Assembly (NCBI RefSeq): GCF_006345805.1
Contig: NC_043002.1
Coordinates: 74,152,001-74,216,000, forward strand
DNA length: 64,000 nt
Direction: 5' to 3'
Origin: Octopus sinensis
Taxonomy: Eukaryota
This document shows, in pieces, positions 1 through 14,257 of this stretch. The translations under genes were made by a program, and so were the position numbers. Position 1 is the first letter of the stretch; each line of letters begins with the position of its first letter. The notes under the pieces are model-generated. The model had not been told where the DNA came from, did not search any database, and saw only the letters and a program-made list of their open reading frames with translations.

Positions 1-1239
1 AATCAGGTGTGTCCTTCCTAGTCCAGTATTTATTGTTAAATTTCATTAATGATTTACATGCTGTAAGTATAATATTAATTTCCTGGTAAGACAAGTTAGT
101 ATGATGCTTAGTAAAGATGAGGCACTATTTGGTACTATGGGGTTTATTGAGGAGTAGTAATCATTTATATCGACATCTATAAATATGTCTATCCTTATTA
201 TCAATTCTATTGAACTACTTGATTACTTCACAATATCTTACCCTAATTACATAATGTCCCTCATCAAATAATTTCCAAATTGCAATCTGTCCCTCTTGAC
301 TACAAATATATATATATATATATATATACATGTTTCATACCATTTGCTAAAATAATTTTTTTCCAATCTGTATCTCTCTTATATCTTGTTGCAAAGGCTA
401 TTCCCTACTATTTCTCTTACTAGCTTAGGGCAAAGTCTGCCATCTTCATCCATTTCCGGCTGTCACCTCCACACCTGTTCCCCCACCTCTCAGACTTTTA
501 TTAGTTTATTCCATGTGTTTGGCCGTTTCATGACACTTGAAAATATGCACAGCCAAGCTAAGAATTTCTCTTGCTATTTTTAAATGCTTCATTCATTCAA
601 ACTCGTCTATTCTCTAAAATAATTCGTTCTTGTTTGTTCTGCCCCTAAAATGACTAACCTTGTTTCTTGGCTACATGTATATACACATTTTGTACTTTTC
701 TCTAAAATAATTCTTTTTTGTTTGCTCTACCCCTTAAAGTGACTTTTCCGTGTCTGTGGTCGCACCCACCCTTTCCCAGCCCCACCACCAATACCAGAAA
801 TCTCTTTCTCTCACCGGACATCCAGTTGCCCTTTCTCTATCTCTTCTTATATTGGTAATCTTGCCACCCTTTCCTTTCTCACCCCATCCCACATCTCTGG
901 ACTAACTAAACCAGATAGCAGCCCACTTACCACCTCTCTCTCTCTTTTCTTTTTTTTCTCCACTTATATCTGTAGCATCAGTAATGCTTACACCCACAGT
1001 GCTCATAATGCTTATATTAATGCTTATATTTACAATGCCCCAAACACTTTCATATACAATGCTTCCTTACTCCCACTCCTCAGTAGAGGCAACAACTTTA
1101 ACAATTCTAATGTATGAATGACGGTAGATTAAAAGCAAGAACAACTATTATGACGTCTGTTACCAAATGATCATGGGAACCTTCTTTACAGGTGTTGAAT
1201 AGCATCTCTCCTTCCTGTGTTACCTCCTATATCTCTTTC

Positions 1240-2882
1240 CTAGTTTTCAGAGTTGGCACTGTAAATGTAGGCACATTGAAGGGTAGGTCTAACGAGAGTG
1301 TCAAGATGCTTGAATGGAGATGTATTGATGTATGTTGTGTACAAGAGGTAAGGTGGAGAGGAGCTTCAGCTAGAGTTCTCACAGGCAAAGCAATAGGTAT
1401 AAACTCTTCTGGGAAGGTAATAGTGATGAAATAAGGGGTGTGGGCATACTTCTTGCAGAGAAATGGGTAGATAAGGTCATAGAGGTAGTGAGGGTGTACA
1501 ATAGAGTGATTAAACTCAGGCTAGTCTTGCAGAATGGTATAGCTACAATTATCTCTGCCTACGTCCCACAAGGGGGCTTATCAAATGAACAGAAGGATCA
1601 CTTTTATGATATTCTTCTGCAGGCTACCCCAAAGATGAGTGACAATGATCTCATCTTTGTGGCTGGAGATTTTAATGGGCATGTCAGATAAAGTCATAGA
1701 GGTTGTCAGAGTATGCGATAGAATACTTAAGCTCATTTTTATGATACCCTTCTACAGGCTACTTCAAAGACAAGTGGCAATGACCTTATCTTTGTGGCTG
1801 GAGATTTTAATGGGTATGTTGGGTGGCAATCTGGTATCTTCACTAGCATACACGGGGGCCATGGTATTGGTTCCCGAAATGATGAGGGAACTAAGCTACT
1901 GGAGTTTTGTGATGCATGTTGTAACCTTTTAATCTGCAACACTAACTTCAGGAAGCCAGATAGCCACATGATAACCTATCAATCAGGTGACTCTGCTAGC
2001 CAGATTGATTTCATCCTCACCAGACAGCGGGACGCAGGGTTGCTCTTAAATACAGCCCCACCCCTGATGAAGAATGTACCCCTCTGCTAGCATAGGCTAG
2101 TCATTAGTGACTTTAGGCTCGAGGCCAGAAGGATACCAAGAAGCAGAACAATCCAAAAAAGAAGGATTTGGAAGCTAAAGAACCCTTTACATGGTCAGAG
2201 ATTTAGGGACATCCCCATCAAGAAATTTGATGAGAGGGAGGAGGAACTACAGACATCAGACATAGAAGGTAGCTGGAAATTCCTATGGGACAGCTTGCTG
2301 AGTGCCACAGACCAAGTCTGCGGATGGTGCAAAGTCCCTTCCAGACCTAGAATTACATGGTAGTGGAATAGTATGGTAGACATTAGAGCAAAGAAACAGG
2401 CCTAGAAAGCCTGGAGGGTGGGTAGCAGGGAACTGTACCAGGTAGCCAGAAGGGAGGCAGGTATACATAGCCAAGAGCGAAGCGGAAGAGAAGAAGTTTG
2501 CCAATGTTCAGTGACGTGAGGACCAAAGAACTGAAGTATTTCGGTTTGCAAGACAGTGTGTGAGAGAAAATTGTGATGTCACAGGAGAGAAATGTGTCCA
2601 CATGGATGATGGTGCACTTGCTTTTAATGATTCAGAAAAGAAAGAGCCTTGGAGAAGCCATTATGAAAGACTACTGAACATGGAGAATGAATAGGAGGAG
2701 AGCCTGCCAAATGTTGACCCAGTAGAGGAACCAGCTATCCGAATAGACAGCTCCCTGGTAGATAAAGTAATTAAGGGTATGAAGCCAGGAAAAGCCCCCA
2801 GCCCACCAGGAATTACTGCTGAGATGCTTAAAATATCTGGTGGTGTGGGATATGGCCTAGTTATCTGCATTGTAAACCAGGA
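1240..2882 (+). mobile_element. Decayed RTE-clade LINE, APE endonuclease and linker region
   Basis: Fragments VGTVNVGTLKGRS, VCCVQEVRWRG, AGDFNGHV, SQIDFILTR; many stops and frameshifts. Confidence 0.88.
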
Positions 2883-3051
2883 ACACAGATAACAAATTAT
2901 TTTATTTGTTCATTAATGTTTGAAACCTAGGTACAAGTGGTAACTATAGGAAATGTTTTTATTTTTCGTCCCCTTCGAAATTACTCTTAACTGTGGTTTG
3001 GGCTCTGACTGCTCCTTTTAGCATGTCCACTAATTTAATATATATATAAAG

Positions 3052-3235
3052 TCGCCATGATAGTTAACTACTACACATATTTTTTTCTCTCCTTGTTTTT
3101 TCTGTGTCCCTTTCTGTAGAAGAGCGTAGGATCGAAACGTAAGAGGCTTTTTCTATTCCTGAGTGCTATACTAATACATCTGTTTGTTTTGTACACCACC
3201 TGACTTCATCTTTTGTTTTTTTCATAAACTCTCCC

Positions 3236-3240
<5 letters not shown>
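3052..3240 (+). mobile_element. Short PLE pLTR-like repeat with hammerhead-like motif, ending in (TA)n
   Basis: Near-identical copy at 61154-61345 and a related one near 24650-24810. Confidence 0.55.
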
Positions 3241-3269
<29 letters not shown>

Positions 3270-3271
3270 TA

Positions 3272-6036
3272 CTAATACTAACTTCAGAAAACCTGCCAGT
3301 CACCTCGTCACCCACTGCTCTGGCAGACACACTAGCCAAATTGACTACATCCTTACCAGAAAAAGGTAAAGATGGCTGCTTATAAATGCCAAAACCTTCC
3401 CAGGCAAAGAATGTACCCCACAACATAGACTGGTAGTTAGTGACTTCAGGATCAGGGCTAAATAGATGCCCAGAAGACGACCAGCAAAGAGAAGAAGGGT
3501 CTGGAGACTTAAAGATCCTGCAAACAGACAGAGATTTAGAGACATAGGACCAAAGACTTGAGGTATTTTGTGTTGCAAGACAGTTTGTGAGAGAGAATCA
3601 TGATGTTGGAGCGAAATGTGTTCGCATGGATGATGGCTCACTTGCACTAAATGAGGCTGCAAAGAGAGCGGTTTGAAGACACCACTATGAAAGGCTGCTG
3701 AATAAAGAAAATGAATGGGAGAAAGACAGTCTGCCGAATGTCGACCCAACAGAGGGACCAGCTATCCGAGTTGACAGTACCTTGGTAGATAAAGCAATTA
3801 AAAGTATGAAGACAGGGAAAGCCCCCGGCCCACCAGGAATCACTGCAGAGATGCTCAAAATATCTGGCAGTGTCGGCTATAGCCTAGTCACCCGTATAGT
3901 TAACCAGGTGATACACGAAGGAGTCCTACCCAATGACTGGTGTAGCAGCATAATAGTCAACTGCTACAAAGGTAAAGGTGACACTTTAGATACAAATAAT
4001 TACAGAGGTATCAAGCTGTTGGATCAGGTAATGAATGTTATGGAGAGGGTCATAGCCCAACTGATTAAGGAAAGAGTCAGCTTGGATGAGATGCAGTTTG
4101 GTTTCATGCCAGGGAAAAGCACCACTGATGCCATATTTCTGGTAAGACAGCTGCAGGAGAAATACCTAGTCAAAGATAAGCCCCTGTACTTGGCTTTCAT
4201 TGACATGGAGAAAGCCTTTGACAGGGTCCCCTGATCCCTTATCTGGTGGTCAATGAGGAAACTAGGGATAGATGAATAGTTAGTGAGAGCCGTGCAAGCC
4301 ATGTACAGGGACGCTGTCAGTAAGGTGAGGGTTGGCAACGAGTACACTGAAGAATTCAGGCTAGAGATAAGGGTCCACCAAGGTTCAGTCCTCAGCCCCC
4401 TCCTATTCATCATAGTCCTCCAGGCAATAACGGAGGGATTCAAGACAGGATGCCCCTGGGAGCTCCTCTATGTTGATGACCTTGCTCTAATTGCTGAGTC
4501 ACTATCAGAGGAGAAGTTTCAAGTGTAGAAACAAAGTTTAGAATCAAAGGGCCTTAGAGTCAACCTAGCTAAAACCAAAGTCCTAATAAGTACGAAGGCA
4601 GGCAAACCACAAATCCCTTCAGGTAGATGGCCCTGCTCAATCTGTAGTAGAGACGTAGGTAGAAACTCTATAAGATGTACCCAGTGTAAGCTATGGACAC
4701 ATAAGAGGTGCAGTAATATCAAAGGAAAGCTAACTGGGAAGATAGTTTTTGTATGTGGCAGATGGTCGGGAGCATTAAACTCTGAAAATGCGCAGAGAAC
4801 AACTTCCGCCACATTCCAGGGAGGAAAACTAGAAGTAGTTGATAGCTTTCGTTACCTAGGTGATCAAGTCAGTAGCGGGAGAAGGTGCACTGAAAGTGTA
4901 GCTGCTAGAATAAGAATAGCTTGGGCAAAGTTCAGAGAGCTCTTACCCCTGCTGGTGACAAAGGGCCTCTCGCTCAGAGTAAAAGGTAGACTGTATGACG
5001 CATGTGTACGAACAGCCATGCTACATGGCAGTGAAACATGGGCTGTGACTGCTGAGGACATGTGTAAGCTCGCAAGGAATGAAGCCAGTATGATCCGATG
5101 GATGTGTAATGTCAGTGTTCATACTCGACAGAGTGTAAGTACCTTGAGAGAAAAGTTGAACCTAAGAAGCATCAAATGTGGTGTGCAAGAGAGACGACTG
5201 CACTGGTATGGTCATGTGGTGAGAATGGATGAGGATAGTTGTATGAAAAAGTGCCACATCCTAGCGGTTGAGGGAACCTGTGGAAGAGGTAGACCCAGGA
5301 AGACCTGGGATGAAGTGGTGAAGCACAACCTTCGAAATTTAGGCCTCACCAAGGAAATGTCTAGTGATTGAGACTTTTGGAAACATGCTGTGTTTGAAAA
5401 GACCCAGCAAGCCAAATGAGACCATAACCTTGTGGCCTATGCCAGGGGCGTAACCAGCCCACTTATGCGTACCTTTTCCTTCTTTGGACGCTAAAACCCT
5501 GCTTGCATCCGTGCTAGCGGGGTGCAAAGAGCACCATACGAGTGTGATCGCTGACAGAGCGGCTAACTGGCTTCCGTGTCAGTGGCACATAAAAGGCACC
5601 ATTTGAGTGTGATCGTTACCAGCGTCGCCTTACTGGCACTTGTGCCCCATGCTAGTAGGGTGTTAAGAGCACCATCTGAGCATGATCATTGCCAGAGCGG
5701 CTAATTGGCCTCTGTGCCGGTGGCATGTAAAAGGTACCATTCGAGCATGATCGTTACCAGCATCGCCTTACTGGCACCTGTGCCAGTGGCATGTGTAAAA
5801 GATTCGAGCGAGGTCGTTGCCAGTACTGCCTGACTGGCCCCGTGCCGGTGGTATGTAAAAGCACCCACAACACTCTTGGAGTGGTTGGCGTTAGGAAGGG
5901 CATCAAGCAGTAGAAACACTGCCAGATCAAGATTGAAATCTGGTGCAGCCATCTGGTTTGCCAGCCCTCAGTCAAATCGTCCAACCCATGCTAGCATAGA
6001 AAGCAGATGTTAAACGATGATGACGATCATCATGAT
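3272..6036 (+). mobile_element. 5'-truncated RTE LINE (end of APE, RT, 3' UTR, (GAT)n tail)
   Basis: NYRGIKLL, QFGFMPGKSTTDAIF, FIDMEKAFDRVP, HQGSVLSPLLF, LLYVDDL, FRYLG, RGRPRKTW; tail motif ggaagggcatc and gatgatga. Confidence 0.93.
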
Positions 6037-6037
6037 A

Positions 6038-6472
6038 TCAAAATAAGCAACAAGGATATCCAGAGGTAATGCAGTACGATTGTTTCAAGCAACTCCAATT
6101 AATTGAACAATGCAATCATTACATTAATTTAAACGCAGAGCAATCTTCAGCTGCATAAAGACATAGAATTTAATTAAATTAAAATAGATGGACGCATTAG
6201 TATAATTTTACCTCAATTCTCCAAGAAGGTAAGGAGATAGACAAGAACATGCTGTCTTCACTTCAGCTTAAAGTGAAGACAGCATGTTCTTTGTCTATCT
6301 CCTTACCTTCTTGAAGAATTGAGGTAAAATTATACTAATGCGTCCATCTATTTTAATTTAATTAAATTCTATGTCTTTATGCAGCTGAAGATTGCTCTGC
6401 GTTTAAATTAATTGGAGTTGCTTGAAACGATCGAACTGTATTACCTCTGGATATCCTTGCTGCTTATTTTGA
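6038..6472. repeat. ~435-bp inverted repeat (fold-back) with a hammerhead-like motif in each arm
   Basis: Arms 6038-6263 and 6271-6472 are near-perfect reverse complements around a 7-nt loop. Confidence 0.9.
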
Positions 6473-7049
6473 AATTGTATGGATAATACCATACTAAATT
6501 CTGGTGCCTCAACCTAAGTACCATATTCATCTGAATCTAAATTTATATATATATATATACGTGTGTGTGTGTGTATGTATGTAATACAAAATGGGACAAG
6601 AACGCAAAACATCGAGATAGATGATACAAAGAAAACAAGGCTGGGTCATTCGGAGTTTTCTTTCCTCAATCGAGTTCCTGATTATCTTTGCAATTTTGGC
6701 TGGTTATATTCGAGATTGCTCCAATCTGGCCAGTCCCAAGGGAAAACTAAGCCAAGAGCATTAGATTCCTTGGAAGAAAGCAGCAAATGTATATGAAAAC
6801 AAGGATGGAAAAGAAAAAACAGAGAATGTTACACAAATATAAATAACAGGCCATAACATGTTATGTAAATTGAAATGGCTGTAAGTGAAGATGACCAATT
6901 TGCTGTTAATAATAAACAATTATTAACTGCACAATCTCCATTTTCTTCTTCTTTTAAATGAATATAAATTGTTTTTATATATACCTATTATTTTAAGGAA
7001 ATTCATTTCCCCAAAATACTAGGAGCACCCACCAATATTATCATCTTTT

Positions 7050-7490
7050 CAATGACCATTCCTGTCTGATTGGCTTTTGGTAAATGAGAGTTTAATTGCG
7101 TCCCTTGTTTGAGATTCTTGCCATGATGTCGGTTTATCTCGGATTTTGGACAGCAGAATGTCAAGTTGCTTCTTGGAAACATCTACTCACACTTCATGTA
7201 CATCTGTTTTTTTTTTGTTTTTTTTTTGGCAAAATATTAAATAGTTGTGGAGCTTTGAATCCTAAGCGCTAGACGAGATGCTGGGACATTTGAGACAGTG
7301 TAGTGGCGTCCTGTTCTGGGCTGGTATATCTTCTGATGCCAATGTTTGGTGCCAGCCCCTCTAAGATCTTTCATATGTATATTAGTGATTTTATCACCGC
7401 ATCTCCCGTCTTCGATCCAGTGAGTAGAGTCGTAATACTTTCAGTTCCCCACAAAAGCTCAAGCGTGTCATTGACGCAATCTTGATGTAC
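7050..7490 (-). mobile_element. Old CR1-like LINE 3' fragment
   Basis: Reverse strand gives LKVLRLYSLDRRRE and PRTGRH-like peptides resembling the LINE C-terminus at 12303-12659. Confidence 0.6.
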
Positions 7491-9155
7491 CTAGCACTAC
7501 TGAACTGCCTCACGATCCGCTATTAAAGTGACACTGTGCGGTGACCATAGCTGAGAGCAGTAGTCCAGAAACAGAGTGGACAAACACAACAATTTTATCT
7601 TCAAAATATTAAGTTTCATTTTGTATGTTTGTGTGTCAGTATGTATGCGTGCATGCGCGCCCTCCATTTTCCATTCACTTTAAACTGCGATGTAATCATA
7701 TCGAATCAAGGTAAAAAAAAAAAAAAAAAGTCACAAGGGTTTTGTCCGGTTCCCATAAATTGTGACTTTATTACTGGTCACCATAAATTAATTGTGACTT
7801 TATAACCGGTCACCATCAAATCTACACAATCCGAGAGGTATTTGTAGAAAATATCCATTTTTCTGAAGATTATAAGGATACGATGCTTTTATTATTCACT
7901 ACATAATACTTACAGTATTTAGAAAACAAATGCAGCGGAGATTTAAAAAGGCATACTAAAATAAGTTGGTGGTGGAGAAGACTCACTTAAACGATTAGCC
8001 TCTTTGAGCCCAATGTAATAAGTTACGTGTTTTGTTAGTTTCGTTTAAAGTCAGATTTATAAAAGTAAACAGTAACAGAAAAAGCAAAGAAAAAAGTAAT
8101 TAGTAAATAAACAAACATAAGCAAAACAAAAACGTGTATACATCGCTCAATGGGACACTGGATTCTCTAAACTTTTGAAAACTTAAATCACTGACAGAAT
8201 TATCCAGTTTAAAAGAAGTGTGTTAAATAGAAAATAATTTATCATTAACATTCAGAGAAAATTTATAAACAAACAAAAATTATTGTTAAAAAAATAACGA
8301 CAAAACTAGACTTGGTAAATGCTCTTGTGCTGAATCAGAACTTAAAAAATTTAAAAGCTTAATTAGTGCCAAAATAAAATAAACTTACAAAAAATTTCCC
8401 AACTGCTAAATGACTTAAGCGAAGCCAACAGTTTTCTTTGATTCTGTATTTGAATATATTTAATAAAGTTTGAAGAGATTTTTGAAACAATATTGTTGAT
8501 TATTTAGACATAAAAAATTGTTATCAAACAAACGTAAAACTTAAAATTACTTTGTTCGAAAATAATCGCAGTAGATGTATAGTTGTAAATTGGCTGGCTA
8601 TCGTGATGGTTTGAAAATTCTCTTCCTCGTTGGTTATTTATTGATTGGTAAAGTATTTACTGACTTATATTTCATTATAATTTTTACAAACAAAACTTTT
8701 CCGAAGCTGGACTCTATTTTTCATTCAGCCGGAATGTAGAAGCAACTTTACTTCCTATTTATTTAATACATGTTCTTTCCATTCGGACTAACTTCGGTCT
8801 GACCTAACTTGTTGCTTTTATTTCCTTCCGCAGCAAACTCGAGTGCTCATATACACAGCTGTTCTACACTCTAGAAATTGCAGTAAAATCTCCTTCGTGT
8901 AACAGTTACTTTCTTTAAGATGGAAGGACACATTTGGATAATGTTGTCATACATATTTAGTCAGTGCATATATCCGAAAAAAAAAGCACACATGAAATTA
9001 AGGGAAATTAGATATATATCCAGTTATAAAAATGACTAATAGTTTCGCATTCGTAAAGCGCTTAGCTGTCTCCAAATAGAAGGTGGGCCAATCTGACGTC
9101 ACACTTTTTTTACTTTCCTCCTGACAGCTAATTCATACATACATACATATATATA

Positions 9156-9200
<45 letters not shown>

Positions 9201-9229
9201 TATATAGATGGAAGTATGCGTGTGCGTGA

Positions 9230-9790
9230 GAAGACCCGCAAGAGAGTGAAGCCATAACCCATGGCCACTACCTGGGACGTAGTCACTCCACCTGTGCATA
9301 CCTTCCTGCTTGTGATACTTGTGAAGACCTGTTGAGGCAAGTGAAAGTCAAGTCAATCGAATCAAATCAAAGAGATGAATATCAATGGAATTTGTATCAT
9401 TGTGGTACCAGTGCCGGTGGCACAAGGAAAAACCTCCGAACGGGACCGTAGCCAGTACCGCCATCGACGGGCCCCGTGCTGTGGGCACGTAACAAACACC
9501 ATCCGATCGTAGCCGTTCGCCAGCCTCGTCTGGCACCTGTGTCGGTGCACATAAAAAACACCATCCAAGCGTGGCCGTCTGCTAGCCTCATCTGGCACCT
9601 GTGTCGGTGGCACATAAAATCACCCACTACACTCTCGAGTGGTTGGCGTTAGGAAGGGCATCCAGCTGTAGAAACACTGCCAGATCTGACTGGCCTGGTG
9701 CAGCCTTCGGGCTTGCCAGACCCCAGCTGAACCGTCCAACCCATGCTAGCATGGAAAGCGGATGTTAAACGATGATGATGATGATGATGA
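9230..9790 (+). mobile_element. RTE 3' UTR fragment
   Basis: gaagacccg... start, internal gtgccggtggcac repeats, ggaagggcatccagctgtagaaac motif, (GAT)n tail. Confidence 0.8.
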
Positions 9791-9835
9791 TATATATATA
9801 TATTATAATATATATACATACATACTACATACATA

Positions 9836-9885
<50 letters not shown>

Positions 9886-9899
9886 GATATACATACACA

Positions 9900-12760
9900 T
9901 AACACATGGCACTCACAGAAACGCATCTTGTGGACCCGATATAGGGGATGCAGAAATACACATACAGCAATATGCAGTCATATACGCTCAGATAGAAAAG
10001 GGAGGAGCCATGGTGGAGTTGCAATGTACATCCGAGATGACCTCACGCCCCGGTCCTGTTGTCATATCAAACTCAGTGTGTGACACTCAAATTGTACACA
10101 TAAGACAACTGAATATCGTCATATTACTACATATCGCCACCAGATGCCGTATTCACTCAGCATGTTTGAAGACTGCCTACAAAATAGGAGAAGTTCTCAC
10201 CAATCTGGAACAACACAACAGTGTATTTTTCATGGGTGACTTTACTTCCCCAATGTGGAATGGCCTGGGGGGAAGATGCTCCCAGGGATGACACACCATC
10301 AGCAGGCACAGGCAGATTCCGCTCCATCTCACAAATGCCTCTTTCATGGAGCAAATAGTGCTGCAACCAACAAAGGCAGATAATATACTGGATCTCTGCT
10401 GCTTCACAAACATATGGATATTATCCATAATGTTAAAGTGATGCCGACAATGATCTCGGATCACAACATTATAGAGCTGTCTATGTATGGACCAAAAGCC
10501 CCCCAGACACACAGCCTATACGAAGCATCCACATCTCTCCACTTAACTTTCATAAAGCAAATTGGAAGTTGATCAAAAGAGATCCTCAAAAGGATTGGCC
10601 TAAATGTCTCTGTCTCTCACACTGGACATTAACATGAAACACAAACACTTCATGTCCATAATACAAGCCATATGTGACAAATATGTCCCAGTGTGCAGGG
10701 CCAGCACACACAAAAACAAAACAGGATCCCTAGAGAAAGGATTTTTTCTTATGAGACGATGGACAAGGATTGCGAACCACCTGAGCAGCACACCAAGTGG
10801 TGAGACGTCTCAGCCTCGAGAGAATGCTAATGGAATTTGAGAAAAGTCTGCATCAGTCTCATGAAAAGGAGAGAGCAGATAAAGAAGCTTGGGTAATAGA
10901 AAATAAGTCAACCCTAAGCTTTCTTTAAGTTTGCCAAGAGACAGCCACAGTGCACCAGAGATAGGACTTCTCTTCCAAAAAGATGGCTCTCTCACAGGAA
11001 ATCCTACGAGGATAAGTGAAATACTGAATGAACAGTTCCAAGCGTGTTCACTACTACACCTCTAGGACACAGGCAAGTAACAACCCAGAAGAATTCTTTG
11101 CCACTTTACCTGTGGCCAAAGAGGCAAAAATTGAGTACATCAACATTGAAGATGATGATACACTGGCCATAGATGAGATTGACACAAAATCAGCTGCTGG
11201 ACCTGATGGATTTCCAGCGATCCTTCTCAAATCATGCAAACGAGCCCTTGCAAAACTGCTACAGCTTCTTTTTCAGAGCTTTCTTGCAGTGCAAGTGTAA
11301 GCTCCCAGTCAAATTGAAAGAGGGGGTAATATATATGCCCTATCCATAAGGGAGGTACAGAGCAGATGCTAAAAATTATAGGCCTATCTCTCTGACCTCA
11401 CACATCAGCAAAGTCATGGAACGAATAGTCCGCAAGAAACTAATCATGTTCCTTGAAGAAAATGACTTGCTGACTGACACCTAGCATGGATTTCGACCAG
11501 GTAGAAGCTGCCTAACACAGCTCCTGCAACACTATGACTGGGTGTTAAAACAGCTACTAAATGGCTCAAATGTGGATGTGATATATCTTGACTTTGCAAA
11601 AGCCTTTGATAAAGTCGACCATGGTCTGATTTGTCACAAACTGCATGGTCTTGGTATAGGCGGAAAACTTGGAGAGTGGCTGCACAACTTCCTAAAAGAT
11701 AGAAGACAGGCAGTTGTGACCAATGGAGCCACCTCCAAGGAAACACAAATAACAAGCGGTTTCCACAGGGCACTGTCTTGGGGCCACTGCTGTTCATAGC
11801 GGCTCTTTCAGGTATGCCCTCAGTTGCTAAGATGGCCACCCTTGCTAGCTATGCAGATGACACAAAAGTCTCCCACACAATACAAAACCCTGGAAATATT
11901 GCACATCTGCAACAGGAGTTGGATACAATATACAGGTGGGCTGAGGACAACAACATGCAGTTTAATGCAGGTAAGTTCCAGGCCCTGCGCTACTGGCACA
12001 CAAAGGTAAACGACATGCAGACTGGATACACTGGCCCGGGAAGAATTGCAATCCCTGAGTCAAAATCAGTGCGTGACCTGGGCATTGACATGAGCAATGA
12101 TGCATATTACTAATCTGGTGATAAAATGCAGACGGCTAGCTGGATGGATTCTCCGAACTTTCAGAACAAGAGAGAAGGAGACACTGATGGTCCTCTGGAA
12201 AACTTTTTTCCTCAGCCGCTTGGACTACTGCTCCCAACTATGGTTACCACACAATATAAAACTAACATCAGAACTTGAAGTAATTCAAAGAAGATCGACT
12301 CAATGCAAAATATCAGCTACTGGGAAAGACTGAAAGTATTAAACCTCTTCTCCCTAGAGCGAAGGTGGGAGAGATATGCGGTGATATACATCTGGAAAAT
12401 CCTGGAGGGTCTTTTCCCAAACTTTGGCATTCAAAGTTACCCCAACCGCAGAATGGGGCGCCACTGCATGGTGCCAAAGATTCCAACATCACCATCAAAA
12501 TACAGGACCAGATACTGCAACAGCTTCGGTTTCAGAGGACCACAGCTCTTTAACATCCTCCCTAAATGCCTGAGAGACTTGCATGGTGTGGATGTGGGCT
12601 TCTTTAAAACTAAACTGGATCTCTTCTTGTTGGGGATCCCAGATGAACCTACCTCATGACAGGAGACACAGATGTGGGCAGCGGCATCGAACTCCCTTGT
12701 TGACCAAGTGCCATATTTCAGAGGTGGATTCACATATTAGTGTAGCTCATTCAGCGGTGA
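9900..12760 (+). mobile_element. Decayed CR1/L2-group LINE (APE plus RT)
   Basis: RSDRKGRSHGGVAMYI, MGDF, YRPISLTS, YLDFAKAFDKVDH, SYADDTKV, RDLGI, SLERR; frameshifted. Confidence 0.9.
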
Positions 12761-12890
12761 TGCCCCATTTTTAAGGATTTAAGGATACATATGTATACAT
12801 ACACACACACACACACACATATATATATACATACATATATATATATATATATACACATACCACACACACACATATATATATATACACATA

Positions 12891-12938
<48 letters not shown>

Positions 12939-14257
12939 GTCATAGGATATCTAGAGATCAGTCTGTATCGTAAGGTCCTAGAAAGATATGGCAGCCCTTT
13001 CTCCATCTACATAGAAAACAACTGGAAGAGATATCTAGATGACTGTTTCATTCTTTGGCATAAAAATATAGAAAACTCATAGAATTCCAAGAAATTTTAA
13101 ACGGACTGGACGTAAACATCCAATTCACGATGGAATATAGCCAGCAACAACTCCCCTTCCTCGATATCCTCATAAGAAAGCTAATAATGTAATAGAAACA
13201 GAAATATATTATAAGCCTACAGATTCTAAGCAATATCTTCCATTCAATTCATGCCACCCCAGACACACCAGGATGAATATCCCCTTCAATCTAGCAAAAA
13301 GGATATGCACTATAGTTTCTAATGCAAACACCAGAGACACACGACTACAAGAACTAAAAGATACCCTTATCACCAGGAACTACCCACCTTCACTTATTGA
13401 CATGTGCATTCAACGTGCCCTTCAACTTAACATCAAGAAACTGAGACATCCCAAATCAAAGAAAAACTTACGACCAAAAGCCTTACCATACATCTCCACA
13501 CACAACCCTCTCAATAATGAAGCCTTCGGCACCATCCTCCACAACATACCCCTCCTAAAAAAAGACCACAGAATGAACACAATCCTCCAAACACACACGA
13601 TCATAAAAAGCAAGAGACAGCCTAAATCTATGAAAAGTCTCCTAACACAAGCCCGAATACACTCTTCAACACAGAAGCCGACAGTAAAAAAATGTGGAAG
13701 ACCCAATTGCGGAATATGCGATTATCTAATTGAGGGATCAGAGTTCTCCTTCAAACAGGGACAACGGTTTACAGTGAAAAGCAACTTCACATGTGCCTCG
13801 GAGAACCTAATATACTCACTAACCTGCTCCGGGTGTCAAGAGCAGTACATAGGCCAAACAAAAAATAGTTTGCGTAAAAGAATGGCCCTCCACAGATCCC
13901 AGATAAAAATTCCCCAAAACAGAAAAATAGCTTTCAGCCAACACATAGATACTTGCGCCAACAACAAAACACCAGGCTTCAGGATTTTCCTCCTCTACCA
14001 ATTTAGGGACGATACAACCTCGAGACAACGAATAAATAAAGAAACTCTCTTTATTACAAAATACAGGCCACTTCTTAACGGGTCTACGACAAACGATTAA
14101 TATACCTCAACTTTAGAATAAAAGAAATACACACACAAATATTACATTCCAAAGAATCCATTACAAATCAGCCCCAATCACAGCTATAATCCATAACGTG
14201 CCAACTTCAAGTCATACAACACCTCACTATTTTCACCCACTCATATTCTCCCTTCTC

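Noticed and set aside
7500-9130. Possible promoter or first exon of the TIR gene (more CpG, ATTGG motifs, aag|gtaaaa at 7710)
   Set aside because: No distinctive evidence links it to the gene; it cannot be supported without transcript data.
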